Origin: Infirmifilum sp.
Lineage (GTDB): Archaea; Thermoproteota; Thermoprotei; Thermofilales; Thermofilaceae
Reading direction: 5' to 3'
NCBI GenBank assembly: GCA_041287245.1
Contig: JBEULP010000117.1
Span: forward strand, 224,001-288,000
Length of the DNA stretch: 64,000 nucleotides
Shown: one piece after another, positions 48,816-57,876 of the stretch
Position numbering within the stretch: position 1 is the first letter of the stretch
Layout of the letters: the number at the start of each line of letters is the position of its first letter
Program-made: the position numbers and the translations under genes
The notes under the pieces: model-generated
What the model saw: only the letters and a program-made list of their open reading frames with translations
Told to the model about the DNA's origin: nothing
Database searches by the model: none

Positions 48816-51337
48816 TCATAAGAAGCCTTAAGGCGATAAACTTCAGGAGGCTAAACATCCCCGAGCCTCTCAACCTAGATAAGGGTATTTTCATTATCAG
48901 GGGTAGGAACGAGGCGGGAAAATCAACCTTTATAGAAGCAATCCTTTTCGGGCTCTACGGGGATCATCAAGTAATAGGGGATCTGCGAGGAAACCCCAGG
49001 CGAGGTTATGCTGAGGTCGTCAACCACAGGTCCCGTAAAGCCCTAGTGGAGGTTGAGTTCGAGGTAGACAATAGGAGGTACCGCGTGGCTCGAGAGCTGA
49101 TCAGGGATGGAGACTCGATAAAACAGGTTAATGCGAGGCTTGTTGAAATAACCGAGGGTTCTGAGAGGTTACTAGCAACAGGTGTCAAGCCTGTTAACGA
49201 CGAGGTGCATCGTATACTTAAGGTTTCATGGAAGGAGATGCTTACCACTAACATTGTTGCCCAAAAGGATCTGGAGCGCATTATTCATCTGAATAAGGGA
49301 GATAGGGAACAGATAATTAATCTCATGATGGGTCTAGAGAGCTACAACAGGGCTATTTCTAGCCTCGAAGATAGGAGAAGAGAGGCGAATAGAAAGAAGG
49401 AAGGACTGGCCGAGTTGTATGAAGAAAAAAGGAAAAGGGTAGAAGAGTTGAAACTTAAATTGGATGAACTCCCTGGATTACGTAGTGAACTTCAAAAGAT
49501 CGAGGAACAGCTTCCCGGACTCAGGGTTCGAGAGGAGCTTCTTAAGAAGGCCCTAGACTATCTCACAGCCCTCAGACAAGTGTTATTGAAGAAGAAAGAG
49601 TTGGAGCACCAGGAAGCCTCTCTCGAGGATCGTATTGTAGAAAAACAGGGTCAGCTCTCAGAGACTCAAAAACGCATTAATACGAACCTGAAGAGCTTAA
49701 GGGATATCGAATTGCTTTTGCCTCAGCTACTTGATAAAGATGGACATCTTAGGCAAGAATTACAGAAACTACGAGAGGAATATGACGCTAGAAGCCGACT
49801 TTTCAGCGATATTCAATCCTATAATGAGTATCGCACTAAGGAGTTGAAGAGGATTGAAGAGCTAGACCGTGAAATAAGGACAATAGAAGAGGAAGTCAGA
49901 CATCTGGAACAAAGCAAGGAGGAGATTACTCTACTCGAGAAAGAGAAATCAGCGCTTAAACAAGAGATTTCTACGCTGAAAATACCTTCATGGTCGAAGC
50001 TCGGCTTTCCTGCCCTTGGCGCCGGCGTTCTTGCCCTCCTTCTCATGCCTCAGACGGTCATTGTACCTATTGGCTTTCTTCTTGTAGGAGGGCTTCTCCT
50101 TTACCTTGGCTATAGAAAGAAAATAATGACGCAACAGGCGCTTCTAGCGAGAGCCAGCGCTGTCGAGGTTGAAATAAGCTCTAAGGCTGCTCTTGTCTCC
50201 AGATTAGACCGAGAAAAGAAAAGACTGGAGGATCTTGTAGCAGAAAAGGCAGAGCTTGAGAAGCACGTTAAGGATATCGAGGATAAAATAAGAGGGCTAG
50301 GTGGAAGAGAGTCTACGCTTCCCATAGAAGAAGCCCTTAATCTCTTAAAAAGGGAGTTAGAAAGGCAAAGGGAACAGATTGAGAGACTGGAAGGTGAAGA
50401 AAAAACGGTTCAGGCTAATATAGAGGTTTATTTAAAGGAGCAGAAAAGGCTCAAGGAGGAAACTGAGCAGTTACAGAAGAAGCTCTTGGAGATACAGCAA
50501 CAACTAAAGGAGCTGGAGGAGCGAAAAAGAAAGGTGGTCAGCGAGCTAAACGAGATTAAGATCCCCCCGCCGCCCTCCGAATTAAAGGCGAATGTTGAGT
50601 ATGTTGAGATTGCGTCAGAAGAGCAGGATTCCGAGTTGGTTGACCAGATATACGAGAAGCTTAACTGGGAGTACCATGATATTTCAGTTAAAAGAGCGGG
50701 ACTAGAGAAGGAAATAGGAAACCTCAGGAAGCGTATCGAGGAGACTGAGCTGCTTAGGCCCCAGCTAGAGCAGCTGCAAGGCGAGCTTGAAAAACTCGGT
50801 GGGGAATTGGCGGGATTAGAGAAGGAGTTAAAGGCTATAGATAAAGCCATCCGGGCTATGCAGGAGATCTCCCGTAAGAGACGCGAAGCCTTTGCGCCCA
50901 GTGTTGAGCAATATATAAGCTGGGTGATAGGCTATTTCACCAATGGTAGATACAAGGCAGTTAGGCTGCAACCTGACACGTATGACCTCGAGGTGTATGA
51001 TTCGGAAGCAGGTAGATGGCTCGTAAGAGATATATATTCCGGGGGGACTAATGATCAATTCCTCTTAGCCCTGAGAATCGCATTTACCTTGGCGCTCTTA
51101 CCTAGTGCGAAGGGCTCATATCCGAAGTTTCTCGTCCTGGACGAGCCTTTAGGTTCGTCTGACGCCGAGAGGCGAGAGAGGATAATAAGTTTCTTTACGG
51201 GCGAGCTTGTCAGGTTTTTCGACCAGGTTTTCCTTATAACTCACGTTGAGATAGAGGAGCCTCCCGGCGTTACAATTATTCAAATAGAAGACGGGAAGGT
51301 TGTCGGGGTTCACAGGTCTGTTCCAGAGGAATCATAG
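48809..51337 (+). CDS. rad50: Rad50/SbcC-like SMC-family ATPase lacking the zinc hook, with a central hydrophobic hairpin (SbcE/YhaN-like)
   Basis: Walker A GRNEAGKST, Q-loop VAQ, long coiled coils, signature YSGGT, Walker B VLDEP, ITH; no Cys; hydrophobic aa about 397-435. Confidence 0.85.
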   Translation: MVVIRSLKAINFRRLNIPEPLNLDKGIFIIRGRNEAGKSTFIEAILFGLYGDHQVIGDLRGNPRRGYAEVVNHRSRKALVEVEFEVDNRRYRVARELIRDGDSIKQVNARLVEITEGSERLLATGVKPVNDEVHRILKVSWKEMLTTNIVAQKDLERIIHLNKGDREQIINLMMGLESYNRAISSLEDRRREANRKKEGLAELYEEKRKRVEELKLKLDELPGLRSELQKIEEQLPGLRVREELLKKALDYLTALRQVLLKKKELEHQEASLEDRIVEKQGQLSETQKRINTNLKSLRDIELLLPQLLDKDGHLRQELQKLREEYDARSRLFSDIQSYNEYRTKELKRIEELDREIRTIEEEVRHLEQSKEEITLLEKEKSALKQEISTLKIPSWSKLGFPALGAGVLALLLMPQTVIVPIGFLLVGGLLLYLGYRKKIMTQQALLARASAVEVEISSKAALVSRLDREKKRLEDLVAEKAELEKHVKDIEDKIRGLGGRESTLPIEEALNLLKRELERQREQIERLEGEEKTVQANIEVYLKEQKRLKEETEQLQKKLLEIQQQLKELEERKRKVVSELNEIKIPPPPSELKANVEYVEIASEEQDSELVDQIYEKLNWEYHDISVKRAGLEKEIGNLRKRIEETELLRPQLEQLQGELEKLGGELAGLEKELKAIDKAIRAMQEISRKRREAFAPSVEQYISWVIGYFTNGRYKAVRLQPDTYDLEVYDSEAGRWLVRDIYSGGTNDQFLLALRIAFTLALLPSAKGSYPKFLVLDEPLGSSDAERRERIISFFTGELVRFFDQVFLITHVEIEEPPGVTIIQIEDGKVVGVHRSVPEES

Positions 51338-51433
51338 GAAGATTTGATGAAGAACATATATGGCGTTATTCTGGAATCCCTTTTTTTCTCTTGGAGTAAA
51401 TTAAATAACATAGAGTATTTTCTCTCTAAATGT

Positions 51434-51883
51434 ATGAAGGTGGGGTTAGGATCTGACGACCTGTACCCCCTAGCGCTGTTTCTAGCTAAAGAGCTCGAGA
51501 AAAGAGGATTCGAAGTAGTTAAGGTCGGGGCTCTGGCAAAAGGCGCTCCATACCCCTGGCCAAGGGTTGGGTTGGAGGTAGGGAAGCTCGTAGCAGACGG
51601 GGTTGTTGATACTGGAATAGTAATCTGTTACACAGGAACCGGGGTGAGCATCGCAGCGAATAAGGTTAGGGGTGTGAGGGCTGCTCTGTGCCTGGACGCG
51701 AAAACAGCGAGGGGGGCTAGGCTTTGGAATGACGCCAATGTACTTGCCCTCAGTGCAAGGCTAGTTTCCGAAGAGCTAGCAAAGGAGATTCTTGATGAGT
51801 GGTTTAATACAAGGGAGATAGATCCCTCGGAGGTGGAGAATATAAACCTTCTCAAGAAAATGGATAGTGAGGGGAGTGTCTAG
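51434..51883 (+). CDS. RpiB/LacA/LacB family sugar-phosphate isomerase
   Basis: GSD, ICYTGTGVSIAANKVRGVRAALC, NDANVL; ATG 51434. Confidence 0.92.
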   Translation: MKVGLGSDDLYPLALFLAKELEKRGFEVVKVGALAKGAPYPWPRVGLEVGKLVADGVVDTGIVICYTGTGVSIAANKVRGVRAALCLDAKTARGARLWNDANVLALSARLVSEELAKEILDEWFNTREIDPSEVENINLLKKMDSEGSV

Positions 51884-52624
51884 GTGTTTAGGGGTCTTGT
51901 AAAGGACGAGAGAAGTCTATATGATGAATTCGAGGAGAAAACACCATATTGGGACTATAGAACGGACAACTTCGCCTCGATTACTTTGCGCGACAGCAAG
52001 GCAGTACTCTGCTCCGGCCCCACCGAAGCTCTCTACTACTCTAACGCTGAAATCTCTGACGGGAGATTCGACGACCTCCCGTGGCAGATGAAAACCTTCG
52101 AGGCAAAGGTTAGAATGACGGGGACGCACTTTGGCTCTGCCGGGTGGGGCTTCTGGAACCACTCGATGCAGTTCAATCTAAGCCGGCCTATCTGGTTTAT
52201 ACACCTACAAAGCCGTGGACCATACCTTTTCCAAGGGTTTTTTGCCCAGGCGGTGACGGGTTTTGTTCCCATTAAGATTTACAGGGGTTCACTAACAGCT
52301 CCTAGTTTGCTATCCAGGCTTACACGAGGAGCCATCGGTGTTACAATATATACCCATAAGCCTGTCCTTCAGGAGCTTGATCTGAGTTCCTGGCACGTAT
52401 ACAAGATAGAGTGGCAAGCAGATAGTGCAGCCTTTTACATTGACGGCAACCTCGTTGCAAAAATACCCATCCGCGACTCCAACTTTAAGGCTCGGGCTGA
52501 CGTTTGGATCGATAATGCCGTTTTCGGCTACAACCCTAAGGATGCAGGCCAAGTGTACAGGCACCTTACACAGGAAAACAGGGAAAAGAATTGCCTAGAG
52601 GTAGATTACATAAAGATTTTCTAG
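51884..52624 (+). CDS. ConA-like / GH16-like beta-sandwich protein
   Basis: FEAKVRM...GWGFW and WHVYKIEWQADSAAFYIDG, VDYIKI patterns; catalytic ExDxxE not evident. Confidence 0.65.
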   Translation: MFRGLVKDERSLYDEFEEKTPYWDYRTDNFASITLRDSKAVLCSGPTEALYYSNAEISDGRFDDLPWQMKTFEAKVRMTGTHFGSAGWGFWNHSMQFNLSRPIWFIHLQSRGPYLFQGFFAQAVTGFVPIKIYRGSLTAPSLLSRLTRGAIGVTIYTHKPVLQELDLSSWHVYKIEWQADSAAFYIDGNLVAKIPIRDSNFKARADVWIDNAVFGYNPKDAGQVYRHLTQENREKNCLEVDYIKIF

Positions 52625-53295
52625 AAAGGTAGGAGGTATGGTATAACGGCTGCATAAAGAAGTGACGGCAGGCCATCCCCGACCTTTATTTTCCTTAATT
52701 CGAGAAGGTTTATTCCCACACCGAGGAGCAACACTCCTCCAGTGGCAGTGACCTCTGCTAATATGGTTTCTGGGAGCACAACCCCAGCATAGTGCCCAAG
52801 AATCGCTAGGGAACCCTGGAAAACGAAAAGGGGTAAGGCGCTAAAAAGAACACCGATTCCTAGGGACGACGCTAGCGCTATACTTGCTATGCCGTCCATT
52901 ATGGACTTTGCTAGGATTATGGAAGGGTCTCCCATTCCATCCCTTAATGAGCCTATTATAGTCATAGGTCCTACGCAAAAGGTTAGAAACGCACTAGTCA
53001 ATCCATTCACAAAGTTGCTATCTCCACGCGAGAGCCTGTTAGCCCAAGCTTCGAGTCTATCCTGTATTTTAAACGCGCTGCCGGTTGCTGCTCCGAGAAT
53101 TAGCGATAAGAGAAGCGATATTATTTTCTGGCTTTTAAGAGCCATATCTATTCCGAGAGAAAGGGTGAACAATCCTAATATAGCGGGTAATGCCTCGATT
53201 ATGTTTTTAGGAAGATTTTTCTTGAGTAAAAGGCCAAGAACCGATCCCGCAATCACGGAAATAGTGTTAACTATGGTTCCTAACACTACCACCAC
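52621..53295 (-). CDS. DUF554 (YdfK/YqgA) membrane protein
   Basis: LGTIVN, FCVGPMTIIGS, KSIMDG, GIGVLFSA. Confidence 0.9.
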   Translation of the reverse strand: MVVVLGTIVNTISVIAGSVLGLLLKKNLPKNIIEALPAILGLFTLSLGIDMALKSQKIISLLLSLILGAATGSAFKIQDRLEAWANRLSRGDSNFVNGLTSAFLTFCVGPMTIIGSLRDGMGDPSIILAKSIMDGIASIALASSLGIGVLFSALPLFVFQGSLAILGHYAGVVLPETILAEVTATGGVLLLGVGINLLELRKIKVGDGLPSLLYAAVIPYLLPF

Positions 53296-53529
53296 ATTTT
53301 GAGCTTGCTTATATTTTTCTCTCTTAAAAGATTATAATTTATTCAGGTGAAAAACGCGAAACTTGTAGAGTGAAAGTAAATCTGAACATGAGGCTTTCTC
53401 TCAATTAAACCTTTGTGAGTTTAAATCTCTCTCGGTCTAATTAGGACGAATATGCCCTTAAACGATACGATGTAGATGAAGATTAAAACCGAGCACTCAA
53501 TTGACGATAGATGACGGTGAGAGGTTAAG

Positions 53530-54516
53530 GTGGACGACGACTCATCGAGTAAACATCTTGTATCAAAGCTTCTAGGTTTACAGACCCCCCTTTATCGTCT
53601 TCACTCGATTACCAAGATTTTGCAACTTGATGATATACCTGTATACGTGAAATATGAAGGTGTAAACCCAACAGGAACGCATAAGGATAGGGCTGCCCGT
53701 GCCCACGTTGCAAAAGCTGTTGAGAACGAAATGAACACCATCACCGTGGGAACCTGTGGTAACTATGGAGTAGCCATCTCATACTTCGCCCAAGCAGCCG
53801 GTCTACGCTCGGTAATTTTCGTCCCGAGATCATATGAGAACAGCCGAGTAGAGGAGATGAAAAGATATGGAGCACAAATAGTATTAGTGGACGGCACCTA
53901 CGAGGAAGCTGTTGCCCTGAGTTCGCGGGCAGCCAGGGTAAACGGCTGGTATGATGCTAACCCCGGCGGTTACTCAGACAAGGTAAGCTTCGAGGCGTAC
54001 AGCTCCATAGCCCACGAAATAATCTATGAATTGGGGGATGCGCCTTACGCCGTCTCAATTCCTGTTGGAAACGGGACAACCCTTGTTGGCGTTTATCTAG
54101 GATTTCTAAAGGCATACAAGGAAGGTCTAGCCACTCGTATACCGAGGCTGGTCGCCGGAACGACCGTTTTAGGAAACCAGATTGCAGCCTCCTGGAAGGA
54201 TAGCTCTATTGAACCGGTGATTCTATCGCCTTCTTCTATTAAAGAAACACCTGTTAACGAGCCCCTTGTGTCGTACAAGTCTTTCAATGCCCTCGAAGCT
54301 TTGCAGGCCATTCGCTCCACTGATGGCAGCGTCTATGAGTTTAGCGATGAGGAAATGCTGGAGATGGCGCTTTTACTCCGCGCGGTCGAAAGAGTCGGGG
54401 TTTTGCCAGCCTCAGCAGCCTCTCTTCTAGCCTTGAGAAGCTTTAAAGCCGAGGAGGAAATTGAGGGTCCGCTGGTTGCGGTGATAACTGGAAGATGGAG
54501 AAAGATAAAGCACTAA
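53530..54516 (+). CDS. PLP-dependent enzyme, fold type II (threonine synthase-like)
   Basis: KYEGVNPTGTHKDR (PLP Lys), GTCGNYG, PVGNGT, VITG. Confidence 0.9.
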   Translation: MDDDSSSKHLVSKLLGLQTPLYRLHSITKILQLDDIPVYVKYEGVNPTGTHKDRAARAHVAKAVENEMNTITVGTCGNYGVAISYFAQAAGLRSVIFVPRSYENSRVEEMKRYGAQIVLVDGTYEEAVALSSRAARVNGWYDANPGGYSDKVSFEAYSSIAHEIIYELGDAPYAVSIPVGNGTTLVGVYLGFLKAYKEGLATRIPRLVAGTTVLGNQIAASWKDSSIEPVILSPSSIKETPVNEPLVSYKSFNALEALQAIRSTDGSVYEFSDEEMLEMALLLRAVERVGVLPASAASLLALRSFKAEEEIEGPLVAVITGRWRKIKH

Positions 54517-55571
54517 TACTTGCCGAGGGGTTGTACGCTTCTACAGACGGGAAGACCGCTCACGGGCTTGTAAGGAAAAGCCTCAAGTATAAAATCGTAG
54601 GGGTTATCGACAGTACTCTCTCAGGCAGGGATGCCGGAGAGGTTTTAGACGGTAAGCCTCGAGGCATCAAAATATATTCTAATCTAAGCGAGGCCCTTCA
54701 AGAGCATCCCGACGTAAAATATCTTATCATAGGCGTGGCTACTCCGGGTGGAAAGTTACCCCCAGCTTACAGGAAGATAATTATGGAAGCGATTAAACAC
54801 GGCATCAGTATTGTTAACGGGCTTCACGAGTTCCTTAGTAACGACCCTGAAATAAGTAAGCTCGCATCCTCCAAAGGAGTAGAGCTTATTGATGTTAGAA
54901 AGATCTTCTACGAGACAAGGATCTTCTACACGGGTAAGATACGAGAAGTAAAAGCTTTAAAAATCGTTGTTATCGGGACGGACTCGGCTATAGGGAAACG
55001 TACAGTGGCACACATGATTACAGACGAGTTTAACGCTAGAGGCATTAAAGCCGTTTTTATCGGTACAGGCCAAACCGCGTGGATGCAAGGAGCAAAGTAT
55101 GTGTTCGTACTAGACTCGCTGGTAAACGACTTTATCCCTGGAGTATTAGAAGACACCGTTTGGCGGGCGTATACGGAGGAAAAACCCAAAGTGATCGTAG
55201 TTCCTGGCCAGGGTTCCCTTCTTCACCCTGTTTTTCCTGGAAGTTATGAAATACTTAATCTTCTAAGACCGGAGATTATTATTCTTCAGCATGCTCCCGG
55301 TAGGAAAACTCTTGACGGTTTCCCGGAATATGCCATGCCTCCTCTTGAAAAGTATTTCCGGCTTGTTGAATTAATAACAGACAGGCCGATTTTCGCAGTA
55401 ACCCTGAATACCGAGAGGCTCAGCGATGAGGAGGCTAGAAAGATTGCATTGGAGATTGAGAAAACCTACAATGTTCCAGTCGTAATACCTCTAAGTGAGG
55501 GTGTGGGACGCATAGTAGATCTAATTATGAAGAGTTACCCAGAGCTTGGTGAAGGTTCACGGCAAGCCTGA
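54495..55571 (+). CDS. DUF1611 (DgcN-like) protein
   Basis: GKTAHGLVR, GVATPGGKL, NGLHEFL, GTDSAIGKRT, GTGQT, GQGSLLHP, LQHAP. Confidence 0.88.
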   Translation: MEKDKALILAEGLYASTDGKTAHGLVRKSLKYKIVGVIDSTLSGRDAGEVLDGKPRGIKIYSNLSEALQEHPDVKYLIIGVATPGGKLPPAYRKIIMEAIKHGISIVNGLHEFLSNDPEISKLASSKGVELIDVRKIFYETRIFYTGKIREVKALKIVVIGTDSAIGKRTVAHMITDEFNARGIKAVFIGTGQTAWMQGAKYVFVLDSLVNDFIPGVLEDTVWRAYTEEKPKVIVVPGQGSLLHPVFPGSYEILNLLRPEIIILQHAPGRKTLDGFPEYAMPPLEKYFRLVELITDRPIFAVTLNTERLSDEEARKIALEIEKTYNVPVVIPLSEGVGRIVDLIMKSYPELGEGSRQA

Positions 55572-56998
55572 AGTGTTTTGACAAGATCGTCGTCGGCCCT
55601 GTGGTGGTTAAGCGGAGGTCTTTCCGTATAAACTACGAGCTACAAATGGAAGGGGTTCGAAAACAGTACACGCTTATAAACAGCTACCCTGAAGATGTTA
55701 ATATCAAAGGTGTGCATGAACTAGCCGTTCTTACCGGGATTATTCCGGCAATAAACTATGGGCTGTTTACAGATACTATTGAGATAAAAGCCCCCTTGCA
55801 CGAGCTCGACTACAAATACTTTCTAGACATGATGGATATCACCGCGAGAGATATTTTTGTAAATAGAATAATCAATAATACAGGGCTTATTCGAGAAGAG
55901 TATATACCAAGAGGGGAGATCGTTCCAGAGGATGCTAAACCTAAAGCTGAGGTTCAGGTAAGCGAGACCTTTACGGGTTCAGACCTGGATCTACAGCCAG
56001 ACTACAAGAAGTGTGTTGTAATGTCGTCAGGGGGCAAAGAAAGCCTCCTAACCTACGGTTTACTCGGCGAAGCGGGCTGCGACACATACCCTTATTTCGT
56101 CAACGAGTCCGGGAGACACTGGTTTACAGCTTTAACAGCCTACAAAGGGCTAGCATCGACAGATCCTAAAACCAGGAAGGTTTGGACAAATCTGGACAGG
56201 CTTTTTGCTTTCATCGAAAAAAACATGAAGATAGTTGTCCCCTACTATTGGAAGAAGAACAGAGAGATTTACCCTGTGCGTCTCTTCTGGTATGCCCATT
56301 ATATATTCTCTGTCCTCCCCCTCGGGTTGAAAAACAATATAGGCAACGTAACGATGGGAAATGAGTTTGACGACCCCACAGGCTTATCGTTTGAGTATAG
56401 AGGAATAAGACACTATTATGCCACATATGACCAATCCTTGGACTTCGACGACTACATGACAAGCTGGATGGCGCAAAGAGGGCTAAATATCAAACAGTGG
56501 TCCCCCCTCCGGCCCATCACACCTATAATTGTTCTCAGGATTCTCTTCAGACGATATGGAAGGCTAGCTGTATGGCAAACAAGTTGCCACTCAACACATA
56601 TTGAAAACGGAGTTGTAAAGCCCTGCGGCACATGCTTTAAGTGCAACGGGGTTCTTCTCATGATGCTGGCGGAAGGATTAGATCCCACTGTCATCAGATA
56701 TGAGAAGAGACATGTGGAGACACTACCCGAGAGATTAGAGAAGGGGCTTATAAGGCTAGAAGAATCGCTAGTTAAACACTCTTTGTACTTAATATCGGAG
56801 AGGGGGCTCTGGAGGCTCCCAGGAGCTCAACCCGTATGGCACGTGGAGATGATACACTTTGACAATATCAACTCCCGTCCCGATTTTATTCCTCACAAGG
56901 AGCTGCGAGAACACGTACTTGACATTTACGAGAAATATACCCGCGGTTATGTCAAACTCGTCGATGGTAAGTGGGTTGAAACGACCCGTCCGCCCTAA
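55568..56998 (+). CDS. Uncharacterised PP-loop ATPase with Cys zinc site (QueC/MurL-like)
   Basis: VVMSSGGKESLL PP-loop, SCH...PCGTCFKC; probable CTG start 55568 overlapping the upstream TGA (track start GTG 55601). Confidence 0.75.
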   Translation: MKCFDKIVVGPVVVKRRSFRINYELQMEGVRKQYTLINSYPEDVNIKGVHELAVLTGIIPAINYGLFTDTIEIKAPLHELDYKYFLDMMDITARDIFVNRIINNTGLIREEYIPRGEIVPEDAKPKAEVQVSETFTGSDLDLQPDYKKCVVMSSGGKESLLTYGLLGEAGCDTYPYFVNESGRHWFTALTAYKGLASTDPKTRKVWTNLDRLFAFIEKNMKIVVPYYWKKNREIYPVRLFWYAHYIFSVLPLGLKNNIGNVTMGNEFDDPTGLSFEYRGIRHYYATYDQSLDFDDYMTSWMAQRGLNIKQWSPLRPITPIIVLRILFRRYGRLAVWQTSCHSTHIENGVVKPCGTCFKCNGVLLMMLAEGLDPTVIRYEKRHVETLPERLEKGLIRLEESLVKHSLYLISERGLWRLPGAQPVWHVEMIHFDNINSRPDFIPHKELREHVLDIYEKYTRGYVKLVDGKWVETTRPP

Positions 56999-57083
56999 AA
57001 CCCATGTAATCGGTTGTTAATGTACAAGCACCTGCCGAGATAATTTTGAAGATCGATTAACTGTTATAAATCTCCGGGACTCA

Positions 57084-57821
57084 TTACAAATTTACGATGA
57101 ACTCGTTATTGCTACGTGAAATCAAGACTTTCACGTTTGTGAGACCGAGTTTAGAAACCGTCTCTATCCATTTATCGGACAACGCTAAGACTGCCACGGC
57201 TCCTACTAGACGAGCTCTAGCCTGTTCAATCAGAGATTCCAGTGCGTTTAAGGACTGAAAGTCATTGACGATGCTCTTAACCACAAGCACCTTACTGTCT
57301 TTTTCAATACTATCCCTTGGGATGTGAAGGTAGATGATCTCGCCCCTTTCACCCGAGGTATAAGATGCTGTTAAAAGTTTCCCCCAGTTCCCGTAAGCTT
57401 TTTCAGAAGCGACGACAGCATCGGCGAGCAGCCATTCCGCTACGACAACAGCTAGACCTGTATTCCTTTCAGGATATGTCAAAACAACGTCGACTTCAGA
57501 GTCCGCGTAGTTTTTCCAGACAATATACCCTATGAGGTTGAGAACACGCGGGTTGAAGAGAAACCTCCACTCCTCGACAACTTGATTCTCACTTATTATA
57601 GCCTCTCTTAACGCTTTCTCAACAAGTTTCCTCTCACGAATAGCCTCCAGTATCTTCCTAGCCGTATGCTTCTCAGGAAACTGAGAGTAGCTGGTATACC
57701 TCCACAAAACTTGTGATGGAATGCCTAGAAACTCCTCTAATTCCTTGAATGTATATGCCTCCTTTAAACCATTTAAAAGTCTAGCAACTACGTACGAGCT
57801 TTCTTCGCCTTCACTAGACAT
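57084..57821 (-). CDS. HTH plus degenerate phosphoribosyltransferase-domain regulator (PurR-like architecture)
   Basis: YTFKELEEFLGIPSQVLWRY HTH; PRT-like strands with the PRPP loop changed to VLVVKSIVNDFQS. Confidence 0.7.
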   Translation of the reverse strand: MSSEGEESSYVVARLLNGLKEAYTFKELEEFLGIPSQVLWRYTSYSQFPEKHTARKILEAIRERKLVEKALREAIISENQVVEEWRFLFNPRVLNLIGYIVWKNYADSEVDVVLTYPERNTGLAVVVAEWLLADAVVASEKAYGNWGKLLTASYTSGERGEIIYLHIPRDSIEKDSKVLVVKSIVNDFQSLNALESLIEQARARLVGAVAVLALSDKWIETVSKLGLTNVKVLISRSNNEFIVNL

Positions 57822-57876
57822 ATATGTTTTCTAAAACAGAAAAAGGATATTGTCATTTAAGTAGTTATTGTCCTTC

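Noticed and set aside
48809..51337. Calling this a condensin SMC or Wadjet JetC
   Set aside because: No globular hinge, no kleisin or KITE genes adjacent; coupled to mre11
53530..54516. Calling this gene thrC
   Set aside because: Motifs deviate from typical threonine synthase and the context is DUF1611, not threonine biosynthesis
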